Part shown: in pieces, positions 49,700-60,382 of the stretch
How positions within the stretch are numbered: the first letter of the stretch is position 1
Layout of the letters: each line of letters begins with the position of its first letter
NCBI GenBank assembly: GCA_963707025.1
Contig: CAVPOM010000016.1
Span: 1 to 64,000 of the forward strand
Length of the DNA: 64,000 bases
Direction: 5' to 3'
Origin: an uncultured Verrucomicrobiae bacterium
GTDB taxonomy: Bacteria; Verrucomicrobiota; Verrucomicrobiia; Limisphaerales; Palsa-1400
Program-made: the position numbers and the translations under genes
The notes under the pieces: generated by a model
Seen by the model: the letters and a program-made list of their open reading frames with translations, nothing else
Told to the model about the DNA's origin: nothing
Databases searched by the model: none

Positions 49700-50707
49700 T
49701 AGAGCATTTCCATAAATCATGTAGCGTAGCGGGCGTTTAAAAAGAAGCCCCGGCAATCGGCGGTGGAGATGGCTTCAAAGGCAATCTTCGCCGCTTGGAG
49801 CAGTTCCTTGGCGGTTCGCGGCGCGAGACCTCGCATAATTTGTTTGACCTTGCTCCACATATTTTCGATGGGATTAAAGTCTGGCGAATAGGGCGGCAGA
49901 TACAGCAGCGTTGCCCCGGCCTCTTCGATGGCTTGGCGGACTCCGGTCACCTTATGCGTGGCCAAGTTGTCCATGATGACCAAGTCACCCTTGCGCAACT
50001 CCACCACCAGCCCCTGCTGGATCCAGGCCAAAAACATTTCCCCGTCCATGGCCCCCTCAAAGAGGCAGGGGGCCGCAGGCCCGGCCAGACGAATGGCGCA
50101 GACCAGGGTGGTGGTCTGATAATGTCCCTGCGGGACGTGGGCCGCCAGTCTTCGGCCCACGGGTGACCGCCCGCAAAAACGGGTCATCTTGGTGTTGGCC
50201 CCGCTTTCATCCACGAAGACCAGTCGGGCAGGTGGGTCACTTGCCAGACGCTCATGCCAATGGGCCCGCTTTTCGGCCACGTCCGGACGGTTCTGCTCGG
50301 CGGCGCAGAGCGTTTTTTTTATAGCTCAACCCCAGTTTGCGCAGCCACAAATCCACAGTGGAGGTCCCGAAAGGGCGGTCCAGACGCGCCCCCAACTCGG
50401 CCAACGTCGCGTCGGGCTGGGCCGCCACCAGCTTTTGCAGGCGAGCCTGGCGTCCGGCGTTCAGCAGCGTTTTGCGCCCGCACAAATGGGTTTGCGGCTG
50501 GAGCGTGCCGCGCTCTTGGAACTGCTGCCGGACCCGGCGCACCGCCGCCACGCAAAAGCCGAAAAAGTCCGCGATCTCGCGGGTGCTTTTGCCTTGTTCA
50601 TAGAGTTGCAGGATGCGCTCGCGCGCAGACACGGGTATCGCTCGCATGGCTCAAGCCTGCCAGCCCTCTCGCCCCAGTCAAGCTATATCATTTATGGAAA
50701 CGCTCTA
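49700..50707. mobile_element. IS630-family element (coordinates include duplicated TA)
   Basis: TAGAGCATTTCCATAAAT / ATTTATGGAAACGCTCTA ends (1 mismatch), TA target. Confidence 0.93.
49717..50647 (-). CDS. IS630 transposase, orfA (HTH) + orfB (DDE) joined by a frameshift at an A8 tract
   Basis: orfA 50647-50252 (PDATLAEL...LGLSYKK); orfB VFVDESG, IMDNLATHK, LPPYSPDFNPIE; A8 at 50313-50320. Confidence 0.92.
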
Positions 50708-50906
50708 ATGCCGCTGGCTTTATGCAGATTGCATCCAGGGCACGCCAGCGCGAGATTCTCTAAATCAGAGCGCCCACCCATGCACTGTGGGATGATGTGT
50801 TCGATGTGGAAAGTGGCTCCCTGGATGCTCTCGTGCATCAGGCAATATTGGCAACGTCCGCCAGCACGCGCCCGAACTGTGCGCGACAGTTCTTCCGGGA
50901 CGCTCA

Positions 50907-51128
50907 TTACGGCTGCCTGCCTAAAATCTGCAATGCTTCGCCGCGGACGAGCGACAGTTTCTCGCTCAATTCAACCAATGCCTCCAGTTCCTCTGTTTCA
51001 GATGCCTGTAGCAGCCCCTCGTTGTTTCGGTCCATTAGGTCCTGAAGACGATGATCCGCCTTCGTTGGAAAATGCAAATTCCCAACAGCCTCTATCCACT
51101 CAATCGGCGCGGCAATGGTTGAATTCAC
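50907..51128 (-). CDS. Small helical partner protein upstream of HNH (antitoxin-like)
   Basis: RLQDLMDRNNEGLL...E.EELEAL; stop overlaps HNH start. Confidence 0.7.
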   Translation of the reverse strand: MNSTIAAPIEWIEAVGNLHFPTKADHRLQDLMDRNNEGLLQASETEELEALVELSEKLSLVRGEALQILGRQP

Positions 51129-51134
51129 GGCACT

Positions 51135-51163
51135 ATCTTAAGACAGCAAAGCGTTGCTGTCAA
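51135..51163 (-). promoter_or_regulatory. Promoter with operator-like inverted repeat
   Basis: TTGACA-17-TAAGAT, 6 nt before GTG; GACAGCAA-agcg-TTGCTGTC at 51142-51161. Confidence 0.7.
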
Positions 51164-51298
51164 CGGCGTTGCCGGGAAACAATCACAGCAGACATCACCG
51201 AATTCTGCTCCGCGCTTCGGTTTGAAAAACTCCCGGCCTCGTTTGAGGCGGGAGACTGCAGGGTTCTCGCAGCACAAAATCCGCAATCCGCAATCCCC

Positions 51299-52069
51299 CT
51301 ACATTCCCATGATCTGGTAGCCGCAGTCCGCGTAGAGGACCTGGCCGGTGATGGCGGCGGCGCCGTCGCTGGCCAGGAAAAGGCCGGTGGCGCCCAGCTC
51401 CTCGGGGAGAACATTGCGCTGCAAAGGCGCGTGGGCTTCGTAGTGTTTGAGCATGTCGGAAAAGCCCGCGATGCCGCGGGCGGCCAAAGTATTGACAGGA
51501 CCGGCGCTGATGCAGTTGACTCTGATTTTTTTCGGGCCGAGATCGTAGGCCAGGTAGCGCGCGCTCGATTCCAGGGCGGCCTTGGCCACGCCCATGACGT
51601 TGTAGTGCGGCACCACTTTTTCGGAACCGTAATAGCTCATGGCGAGCAGGCTCCCGCCCTCGGTCATGAGCGGGGCGGCGCCCCGGGCCAGCGCGACCAG
51701 CGAATAGGCGCTGACATCCAGGGCGGTGCGGAAGGCCTCGCGGGTGGTGTTGAGGAATTCGCCTTCCAGCGCCTCGCGGGGGGCGAAGGCGACGGAGTGC
51801 AGGAGCAGGTGAAGTTTGCCGAATTTTTGGGCGGCCTGGGAAAAAACGGCGGCGATTTCATCGTCCTTGGTGACATCGCAGGGCAGAATCAAAGCGTCGG
51901 GGCCGAAGGCGCCGGCCAGCTCCTCGACGTTGGCTTTGAGACGTTCGCCCTGGTAGGTGAAGGCCAGGGTGGCGCCCGCCTCGTGCCAGGCCTGGGCGAT
52001 GGCCCAGGCGATGGATCGTTTGTTGGCCACCCCGAACACCAACCCGATTTTTCCTGCCAGTAATAACAT
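51299..52069 (-). CDS. fabI: Enoyl-ACP reductase (NADH)
   Basis: GVANKRSIAW, HSVAFA, YNVMGVAKAALE, ISAGPVNTLAA. Confidence 0.96.
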   Translation of the reverse strand: MLLLAGKIGLVFGVANKRSIAWAIAQAWHEAGATLAFTYQGERLKANVEELAGAFGPDALILPCDVTKDDEIAAVFSQAAQKFGKLHLLLHSVAFAPREALEGEFLNTTREAFRTALDVSAYSLVALARGAAPLMTEGGSLLAMSYYGSEKVVPHYNVMGVAKAALESSARYLAYDLGPKKIRVNCISAGPVNTLAARGIAGFSDMLKHYEAHAPLQRNVLPEELGATGLFLASDGAAAITGQVLYADCGYQIMGM

Positions 52070-52104
52070 ACGTCGTGAAATTGAGTCGCCCCTGCGCCGA
52101 CTTG

Positions 52105-53334
52105 TCAAGCTTCCCTCCTTCGGTAGCGCAGCCAGAACAGCCCGCCCAAGCCGCCGATCAACAGCAGACACACCGCAAGCGTGCCGCTGGAGGGATGGGC
52201 GGGAAAGAGCAGCAAAGCCGCGGCGGCAATGGCCGGACCGGCGCAGTTGCCGGCGCCGATGGCCGATTCATGGATGCCGCCATGCTCGCCTTTGGTTTCC
52301 CCCACGTCCATGGAATAAAAGAGGGAGGAATAATATATCAATCCCAAGGCCAATCCCAAAACCGCCTGGGAAACCACCAGCACCCAGAGGCCCGTCGCCA
52401 GCAACATGGCGCCGAAACAAAGGATCATCACGGCGTAAGCGGCCGCGAGAAAGCGGAACCGGTAGTGCCAATCCGGCCACAGCCAGAGCAGGGCAAACGC
52501 ACCCGCGCGGGAAAAAAGCCAGATGGAGCAAACCACCCCGGCCAGCGTCTCACTCAGATCGAGCTGGCGGGCCAGGGTGGGAATGGTGGCAATAATAGTA
52601 TTGATGGCCAGGTAAGCGCACGGATTGGCCAGCCACGCCATTTTTAGAAAGGTGCGGGCCGGGACGGGCGAGCGGCGCGCTTCGGCCGGGGGCGCGGCCA
52701 GGGGGCCGGGGTCCTCCCCCGCCGCGGCCGGCTGCCGGTTGACCAAGTGCTCCAGCCAAAATGAAAAAATCATCTCCAGGCAAAGCAAGCCGGCCGGGAC
52801 GAAAAACATGCTCCGGCGGCCCCAGGCCTTTTGCATCGCTCCGCCGGTAAAATAAGCAAACGCGCTCGTCACCGCCCAGGTGAAATTGTAAATGCCGACC
52901 AGGCTGCGCAAACGGGCGCGCGTTTCTCCCTCGCTCATCAGCCCTTGCAGCGGCGGCCAGGTAAAGCACATGCCGATGGTGGCCACGACAATCAAGGCCA
53001 GGGCCGGCCCCGCCGCCGTCATCCGGCTGCCGGCGAGAAAGGCGGCGCACATGATGCCCAGGCCCAGCCGAAAAGAGGCGAAGTAGCCGGCCCTCTGGGC
53101 AAAGCGCCCCGCGTAAAAGGCAAAAATGGCATAGACCAATCCGAGCAACGCCGCCAGTTCGAAATTCTGCAATTGCCCGAACCCGAATTGATCCTGCGTG
53201 TAAAAATAAATGTAATAAAAAAAATAAGTCGTGCCCAGCGAGTTGCAACCGGCCAGTATGAAAACGCCGGTCTTCAAGCGGGGCGAGGCGACGCCGCGAT
53301 GGGCCGGGCGCGGGGCATGGGCGGCCGCGCTCAT
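52105..53334 (-). CDS. MFS transporter
   Basis: About 12 hydrophobic segments, 409 aa, GRFAQRAG loop. Confidence 0.85.
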   Translation of the reverse strand: MSAAAHAPRPAHRGVASPRLKTGVFILAGCNSLGTTYFFYYIYFYTQDQFGFGQLQNFELAALLGLVYAIFAFYAGRFAQRAGYFASFRLGLGIMCAAFLAGSRMTAAGPALALIVVATIGMCFTWPPLQGLMSEGETRARLRSLVGIYNFTWAVTSAFAYFTGGAMQKAWGRRSMFFVPAGLLCLEMIFSFWLEHLVNRQPAAAGEDPGPLAAPPAEARRSPVPARTFLKMAWLANPCAYLAINTIIATIPTLARQLDLSETLAGVVCSIWLFSRAGAFALLWLWPDWHYRFRFLAAAYAVMILCFGAMLLATGLWVLVVSQAVLGLALGLIYYSSLFYSMDVGETKGEHGGIHESAIGAGNCAGPAIAAAALLLFPAHPSSGTLAVCLLLIGGLGGLFWLRYRRREA

Positions 53335-53527
53335 CCGTGCGACGGAAGGGCCGCGGCGGAAGTTTCCGCGATGGCCTGGCGGCCATCCCAGGGCACCGCG
53401 CCGGACAGGGGCGGCTGCAGCTTTTCCGTCGCGTTCATTATTCCCCGCAGTTTAGCCGTTTTCGGCCGGCCTTGGCAATAGCGGGGAAACAAGACCATTT
53501 CATTTCGGCGGCGCTCACAGAGCGCCG

Positions 53528-54038
53528 CTACATGTCGTAGAGGCCCGCGTCGTGCGAGTAGCCGCCGCCGGCTCCGCCGGCGCTGTCTTCTTCGCCGCCC
53601 ATCAAACCGCCCAGCACGTCGCCCATGTCCTCCTCGATTTTTTCCGGGTCTTCGCCCGCTTCCAGGCGCTTGATGGCGACATCAAATTCCTTGGGCACGC
53701 TGCCGGCGGGCATGAGGTCCTTCATTTTCTTCATCATCCGCGCCATGTGGCGCGGATTGTTTTCGTCCAGATGTTCCATGTCCCGTTCCATTTCGGCCAT
53801 GGCCCTCATCATGCGCGGATCATCCGTGTCGGGCATGGGCGGGCCGGCGGGGCCGGCGTCGCTGTCGGCGGCGGCCGGCTCCTTCAGGCCGCGCGTGAGG
53901 GCGAAGCCGCTGATCTGCCGGGTCAATTTGCGATGGCCGCACTTGGGGCAGGCCAGGCACGCGGCGGGGCGCGACCTTCTTGGAAAGAAAGTTGAAAATC
54001 TTCCGGCACCTGGGACAGGCAAATTCGTAAATGGGCAT
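53528..54038 (-). CDS. FmdB-family zinc-ribbon protein (frameshift near 53975)
   Basis: MPIYEFACPRC...(shift)...ACPKCG..KLTRQISGF; C-terminal RLEAGEDPEKIEE. Confidence 0.8.
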
Positions 54039-54047
54039 AAGATGATT

Positions 54048-54263
54048 TTATGTGGCGTGGCGCAGTTTCTCCAATTCGGCGCCCAACGGCAACCAGTAAC
54101 GCCGGTCCCGTTGCCGTGCGGCGGATTTTTGGATGGCCAGGTCCGTCTCGCGGCTAAACTCGGCCGCGCCGCACAACACGCAGGCCTGTCCGCCCATGAG
54201 CTGGGCGCGGACGCGGCGCGGGCGCATAGAAGAAAGGACTTTGCGTATCGGGTTCGGGATCAA
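54048..54263 (-). pseudogene. Internally deleted nucleotidyltransferase-like gene remnant
   Basis: LMGGQACVLCGAAEFSRETDLAI resembles an NTase GG.A....G....DxD start and joins abruptly to a C-terminal DRRYWLPL..ELE.LR. Confidence 0.5.
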
Positions 54264-54384
54264 GTGAGCCTCCCAGCGCGAGATGGGTTTGCCAGAGTTT
54301 GTCGCTTGCCAGCCAGCGTTGCACCGCGGTGAGCCGATACCAGTCGGCCCGCTCGCCTCCCACTAATTTTTCCGGCTGAATCAT
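54154..54384 (-). CDS. Small hypothetical partner protein
   Basis: DWYRLT..QRW..S.KLW..HLALGGSLDPEPD; overlaps the NTase-like remnant. Confidence 0.5.
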   Translation of the reverse strand: MIQPEKLVGGERADWYRLTAVQRWLASDKLWQTHLALGGSLDPEPDTQSPFFYAPAPRPRPAHGRTGLRVVRRGRV

Positions 54385-54402
54385 GCCAAATGGATAACAG
54401 GT

Positions 54403-54597
54403 TTAAGCCTTGCGGCGCTTGGGTGGCGGATTGACGAGCGGATGGCCGGAGAGTTTCTCGCGCTTGCGCGTCTCGGCAAAAAGGCGATGCACATCGTGGC
54501 CGTAGGAGGCCGAGAGGGTGTCCTTGATGCGCCAGATTTCCTGCAACACCAAATCGGTGCTCTGGTTGGGCTTCAGTTCTTTGGTCGCGTTACTCAT
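54403..54597 (-). CDS. Small putative antitoxin downstream of PIN gene
   Basis: D.VLQEIWRIKD.LSA.YGHD pattern; overlaps PIN stop. Confidence 0.65.
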   Translation of the reverse strand: MSNATKELKPNQSTDLVLQEIWRIKDTLSASYGHDVHRLFAETRKREKLSGHPLVNPPPKRRKA

Positions 54598-55081
54598 ACA
54601 GTTCTCCAGTCAGTTCATCCAACGTGCAAAGCACGGGAAGCGTGAAACTCGATTTCTCCGCCAAGGCCCGCATGCGCGCTTGAATGGCCGCGTTGGCAAT
54701 GTGACGGCAATTCCAACTCAAAAGTATATCCATCTGGTGAACCGTGGCGAGCGCGATGTGCGCCGCATCGCGGTCGGCGTCCGGCGGCAGCAGGCCCGAA
54801 TCGAGGATGTGCTGGGTCAGCGTCTCCACTTCGTCAGTCGAGCGCAGCAGCGCGATGCCGGCCATCAGCGCAAGGCGTTGCCGCGCCATCGCCGCCTCGC
54901 CGCTGGCAATCTCATCGAGAACCACCTGCGACGTGAACAACTCATGCTTTGCACGCTTCAAATCCCACCAATCTTTGGTGACTTGCTGGCGGGCAGCTTG
55001 CAGCAGGTCACGGGCCGGACGCGCCACCACGTAGCTCGGTATCGTGCTCTCGATGTAGATGCGCATGTTGCTCAGTTCCAT
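54590..55081 (-). CDS. PIN-domain (VapC-like) protein
   Basis: IYIESTIPSY, S.VVLDEI, DAAHIALA, ILLSWNCRHIAN. Confidence 0.85.
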   Translation of the reverse strand: MELSNMRIYIESTIPSYVVARPARDLLQAARQQVTKDWWDLKRAKHELFTSQVVLDEIASGEAAMARQRLALMAGIALLRSTDEVETLTQHILDSGLLPPDADRDAAHIALATVHQMDILLSWNCRHIANAAIQARMRALAEKSSFTLPVLCTLDELTGELYE

Positions 55082-55141
55082 TTGTTCGTTTGCGCTCCCG
55101 GCGGGCGGCCGAACACGGCAGGCGAGCCGCCCGCGCTGCCT

Positions 55142-57084
<1,943 letters not shown>

Positions 57085-57124
57085 TGGGCCACAATACCCG
57101 CCCCCGGCCCGGGCGTCAACCCCA

Positions 57125-57649
57125 TCAGTTCTTCTGCCCGATCTCCAGGCGCTTGAGGTCCTCGGCCAGAAATTGCGCGACGTCCTTGAACTTTTGCGCG
57201 TTGGCCGGATTCACCTCCATCAACGTCTGGTGCGCTTTCAAACAAGTCCGGGCCAGTTCCACCGCGCTGGCCGGGTCCCCTTTGGAGAGCGGCTCAAATT
57301 TGTCCGACAAGGGGCCGGCGGAGCCGCCGATTTTGAAGAGATGGGCCACGCCCAGATTCTCCAGCGTTTCGCAAATGCGCGGGTTGGCGTTGATCAACTC
57401 CAGCGGCTGCGCTTCGCCCGCGGCGTTGGTTAATTGCAGGCTGATGCCGGCCAAAACGCCCAAAAACGTGCTGTCCATCATCCGGCACCCGCACAGATCA
57501 ATCAGGAAATGCGAGTAGCCGCGCTCCCACAATTCCGCGATCAGTCTTTTCAGATCCACCGTGCAGGTGAAATCGGCCCGCCCGCTGACCTGGAGGCACA
57601 CCGTCCGGTCAAAGACCGCCACCATCAGTTTTGCCGGCGTATTTTCCAT
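57125..57649 (-). CDS. STAS-domain anti-sigma factor antagonist
   Basis: V.GRA.F, IDL..C..MDSTFLGVL, LENLGV. Confidence 0.88.
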   Translation of the reverse strand: MENTPAKLMVAVFDRTVCLQVSGRADFTCTVDLKRLIAELWERGYSHFLIDLCGCRMMDSTFLGVLAGISLQLTNAAGEAQPLELINANPRICETLENLGVAHLFKIGGSAGPLSDKFEPLSKGDPASAVELARTCLKAHQTLMEVNPANAQKFKDVAQFLAEDLKRLEIGQKN

Positions 57650-57689
57650 GAGAACGACACTTTAAAAATCGGGCGCGCGGCCCGGGCTG

Positions 57690-58850
57690 TCAAGCCGCCG
57701 CCCGGACGGGGGCGGCCCGGCTGGCGGCGGGACGGCTGACAATTTGGATGAGGGTTTGCTGCAAGAGCAGGGACGCATCCAGATTGCGCGAGATGAATTT
57801 CTGGTTGCATTCCAGCAGCAGGTCCATGGCCTGGATCAATTCGGCCTGGGTGTAGTGGCGCGCCTGCCCCAGCGCGCGGAACAAGACATACGGGTTGATC
57901 GCCAACGGGTTGAATTTCCGGTCCTCCGGCAGGGCGTCCGCCGGCACGCGGGCCAACTGGCCTTTGAACCGGTTGAATTCCTTTTCCGGCTTCAACCACC
58001 CTTGCGCCATCATCTCCCTGACCAGCAGGAGCGCGCGCACCTTGCTGATCAATCCATAAAGCAGGCCGATTTCGTTGCGCTTGGGGTCCCGCTGGATTTC
58101 CCATAATTCCTCGTCCAGACAGTGCAGGACGGCGGCCAGATTGCGTTCGCCCAGGGCGTCGCCCAAGGCAAAGGCGCGCGCCTGTTTGTTGCGGGTCACG
58201 ACGGCGGCGACGTCCCCGGCCTCGATCCGGGTCCGCGCGCCGGCATATAAAACCAGCTTCTCCACCTCGCTGGCCAGCAGGCGGGCCTGCGGGCCGGTGA
58301 ACGCCACCAGTTGCTCCAGCGCTTCCTCGGAGATGTCTTGTTGGGCCTCGCCCAAGGCCCGCCGGACCAGGGCGGCGGCTTCCTCGTGCCATTCGCTTTC
58401 CTTTTCCGACCAGCCGGCAAAAGCTTCCACCGCGCCGATTTTCTCCAGGGCTTTGTAAAAGGATTTTCGTTTGTCCACCTTGCCGGCGCTGACCAGCAGG
58501 CGCACATTGTCCCAGCGGAACGATTTCAGTTCCTGGGCCAGTTCCCCCAGGGCCTCCGTCACGGCGGCGGCCAGGGCCGTCCGTTCCTCGCCCAGAAAAT
58601 TGCAGTTTTGCAGCCAGACCACTTTGGCGCTGCCGAAAAAAGGCAGCGTTTGCAGTGCCTCGCGCAAACGGGCCAGGGCCTGGAGGGCCTCGCCGCTATT
58701 GTTGACCGACGCGTCAATCATCTCGTGATCCTGCCCGCCCAGCTCCCGGCTCCACTTCTGGAACACCTGGCGGGCGCGCTGCTTGACTCCAAATTCATCC
58801 TCGCCGCAGACCAGGAGGACGGAGGATTCAGCCATGACGGAAGGGGGCAT
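57690..58850 (-). CDS. holA: DNA polymerase III delta subunit
   Basis: LLVCGEDEF, TLPFFG, VDKRKSFYK, ASEVEKLVLY, AFALGDAL. Confidence 0.88.
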   Translation of the reverse strand: MPPSVMAESSVLLVCGEDEFGVKQRARQVFQKWSRELGGQDHEMIDASVNNSGEALQALARLREALQTLPFFGSAKVVWLQNCNFLGEERTALAAAVTEALGELAQELKSFRWDNVRLLVSAGKVDKRKSFYKALEKIGAVEAFAGWSEKESEWHEEAAALVRRALGEAQQDISEEALEQLVAFTGPQARLLASEVEKLVLYAGARTRIEAGDVAAVVTRNKQARAFALGDALGERNLAAVLHCLDEELWEIQRDPKRNEIGLLYGLISKVRALLLVREMMAQGWLKPEKEFNRFKGQLARVPADALPEDRKFNPLAINPYVLFRALGQARHYTQAELIQAMDLLLECNQKFISRNLDASLLLQQTLIQIVSRPAASRAAPVRAAA

Positions 58851-58864
58851 GAAAGTGGCCGGGT

Positions 58865-59326
58865 TTACTCCGGTTCCCCGGATTCGCCCCGGCTTTCGTT
58901 GATCTGGTCCAGATACACCGTCATGTCTTCGACCTGCTCAAACAGGGAGGCCGCCACGTAGATCTTGCTCTTCTGCGAGGTGGCCAGCGCCAGGCAATCG
59001 CTGGGCCGCGCGTCAATCTCCACGATTTTGCGGCCCAGCTCGTTTTCCTGGTGGAGGATAAGCCGGGCGTAATAGGTCGAGTTTCTCAGTTCGGTGATGA
59101 CCACCCGCTCGATGGTGACGCTGAACCCCTTGAAAATATGGTTGATCAGATCGTGGGTCAGGGGGCGTTCATTGGGGATGTCGCGCAAGAACATGCTGAT
59201 GGCGTTGCCGATGTTGCGCTCGACCTGGATGACAAAAACCTTCTGCTGATTGCCGACGAAAATGGCCCACCCGCTGTTGGCCGGCACCATCCCGCGGATT
59301 TCCACGGGCAATACTTCACTCTTCAT
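58865..59326 (-). CDS. Bifunctional nuclease family (DUF151) protein
   Basis: RPLTHDL, YYARL, IDARPSDCLALA. Confidence 0.9.
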   Translation of the reverse strand: MKSEVLPVEIRGMVPANSGWAIFVGNQQKVFVIQVERNIGNAISMFLRDIPNERPLTHDLINHIFKGFSVTIERVVITELRNSTYYARLILHQENELGRKIVEIDARPSDCLALATSQKSKIYVAASLFEQVEDMTVYLDQINESRGESGEPE

Positions 59327-59921
59327 GCTCCAAGATTAAGCCGCGCCGGGAAAAAAAACAAGTCAGCGATGCACAAATTGCGGCTTGGGGCAAGGCTGCC
59401 TCATCAAGGGAAATCTCCCCCCTCTTCTCCCTCTCCTTGGAGGCGATGGCCGGGGTGAGGACGAGCTTTATCATCTCCGCGCAGCGCTAATTCCTCCAAC
59501 TTCCCCCTCTCCCCTGTCCTCCGTCCTGTCCTCCGTAAGCCCTGTGGAGGAGGAAAGCCCTATGAAGGAGGAAGGCCAGGCGAAGGCGGATGGAGGAGAC
59601 GGCCAATGCGTCGCCGGAAGCCGTTTCCACTCCTCCCACCCGGGAGGGCGCTCAGTCCCCTGAGCGCCGCGCCCACCTTCGCCAGTCCAACCCGCTCCCA
59701 TTCCCCTGCGGCAGGGCGAGACTCCGTCGAGCCGTGACCTTCCCGGCCCGTGCTTCCATTCCGCCCCGCTCAACCCTCTCAAATCGTCGAAGACCGGCTG
59801 CCCCGCGCCCCGATCATGGCCAGCAGCAAGGAATTTGAACCATCCCGATGGAATCGGGAGATGGCACGGATAAGAAAATGCAGAATGCAAAATGCAAAAT
59901 GCAGAATTCCGAACCCGTATA

Positions 59922-60005
59922 ATCCGTGAAATCCGTGGTAAAACCTCCAAAAAAATGAGCGGCTCCGACGGATTCCAGTTAAAAGCCCCATCAGCCGGCA
60001 CACCG
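59922..60005 (+). repeat. 84-bp direct repeat, copy 1
   Basis: Ungapped 74/84 identity with 62742-62825. Confidence 0.9.
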
Positions 60006-60274
60006 CGCCTCATGGCCTTAGAAAAAGCTTCCGCCATCGCGACGCCCCCAATATCAGTCCGGCCTTTGCCGCTCCGGGCAAGCCGCTGGCCTTAAGCCTG
60101 CTCGCTCAGTTTTCTGTTGGCTGCCCCGGCCACAGGCTGGGTCTGTGCAGGGTACACGGTACAGGTTCTGAACCTTAAGCCAGGTTAGGAATCCTGCGCT
60201 ACGAAAGGCCAATTCCACCGAAAACAGCGAAGAACCGGAATTCGGCTTTTAACGTGTTTATTTGCAACACCTTA

Positions 60275-60366
60275 TAGCATTTCCAGTTCGTAACTGCACT
60301 TTGGCCAAGGCGATTGGCGGCGGTCGCAGACCGACGCCACAGTGCAAAAGCAAACCGGAAAGGGTA
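60275..60366. mobile_element. 92-bp MITE carrying a REP hairpin (copy 2, opposite orientation)
   Basis: tagcatttccagtt ... aaccggaaagggta, flanked by TTA/TCA; colinear with the reverse complement of 45129-45220. Confidence 0.75.
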
Positions 60367-60382
60367 TCAGCCCCAATGCCCT

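Larger units (their letters stand above)
49488..50907 (-). pseudogene. HNH endonuclease gene interrupted by IS630
   Basis: Removing the IS and one TA joins RCQYC...EHIIP...LACPGCNLHKASGI to RAPDPVTGGHVRLFHP...W.EHF in frame. Confidence 0.9.

Noticed and set aside
50313..50320. IS630 A8 frameshift as a novelty
   Set aside because: Split orfA/orfB with an A-tract is well known for IS630 elements.
60205..60240. cagcgaagaacc as an IS terminal repeat
   Set aside because: No partner end or transposase remnant could be identified nearby.
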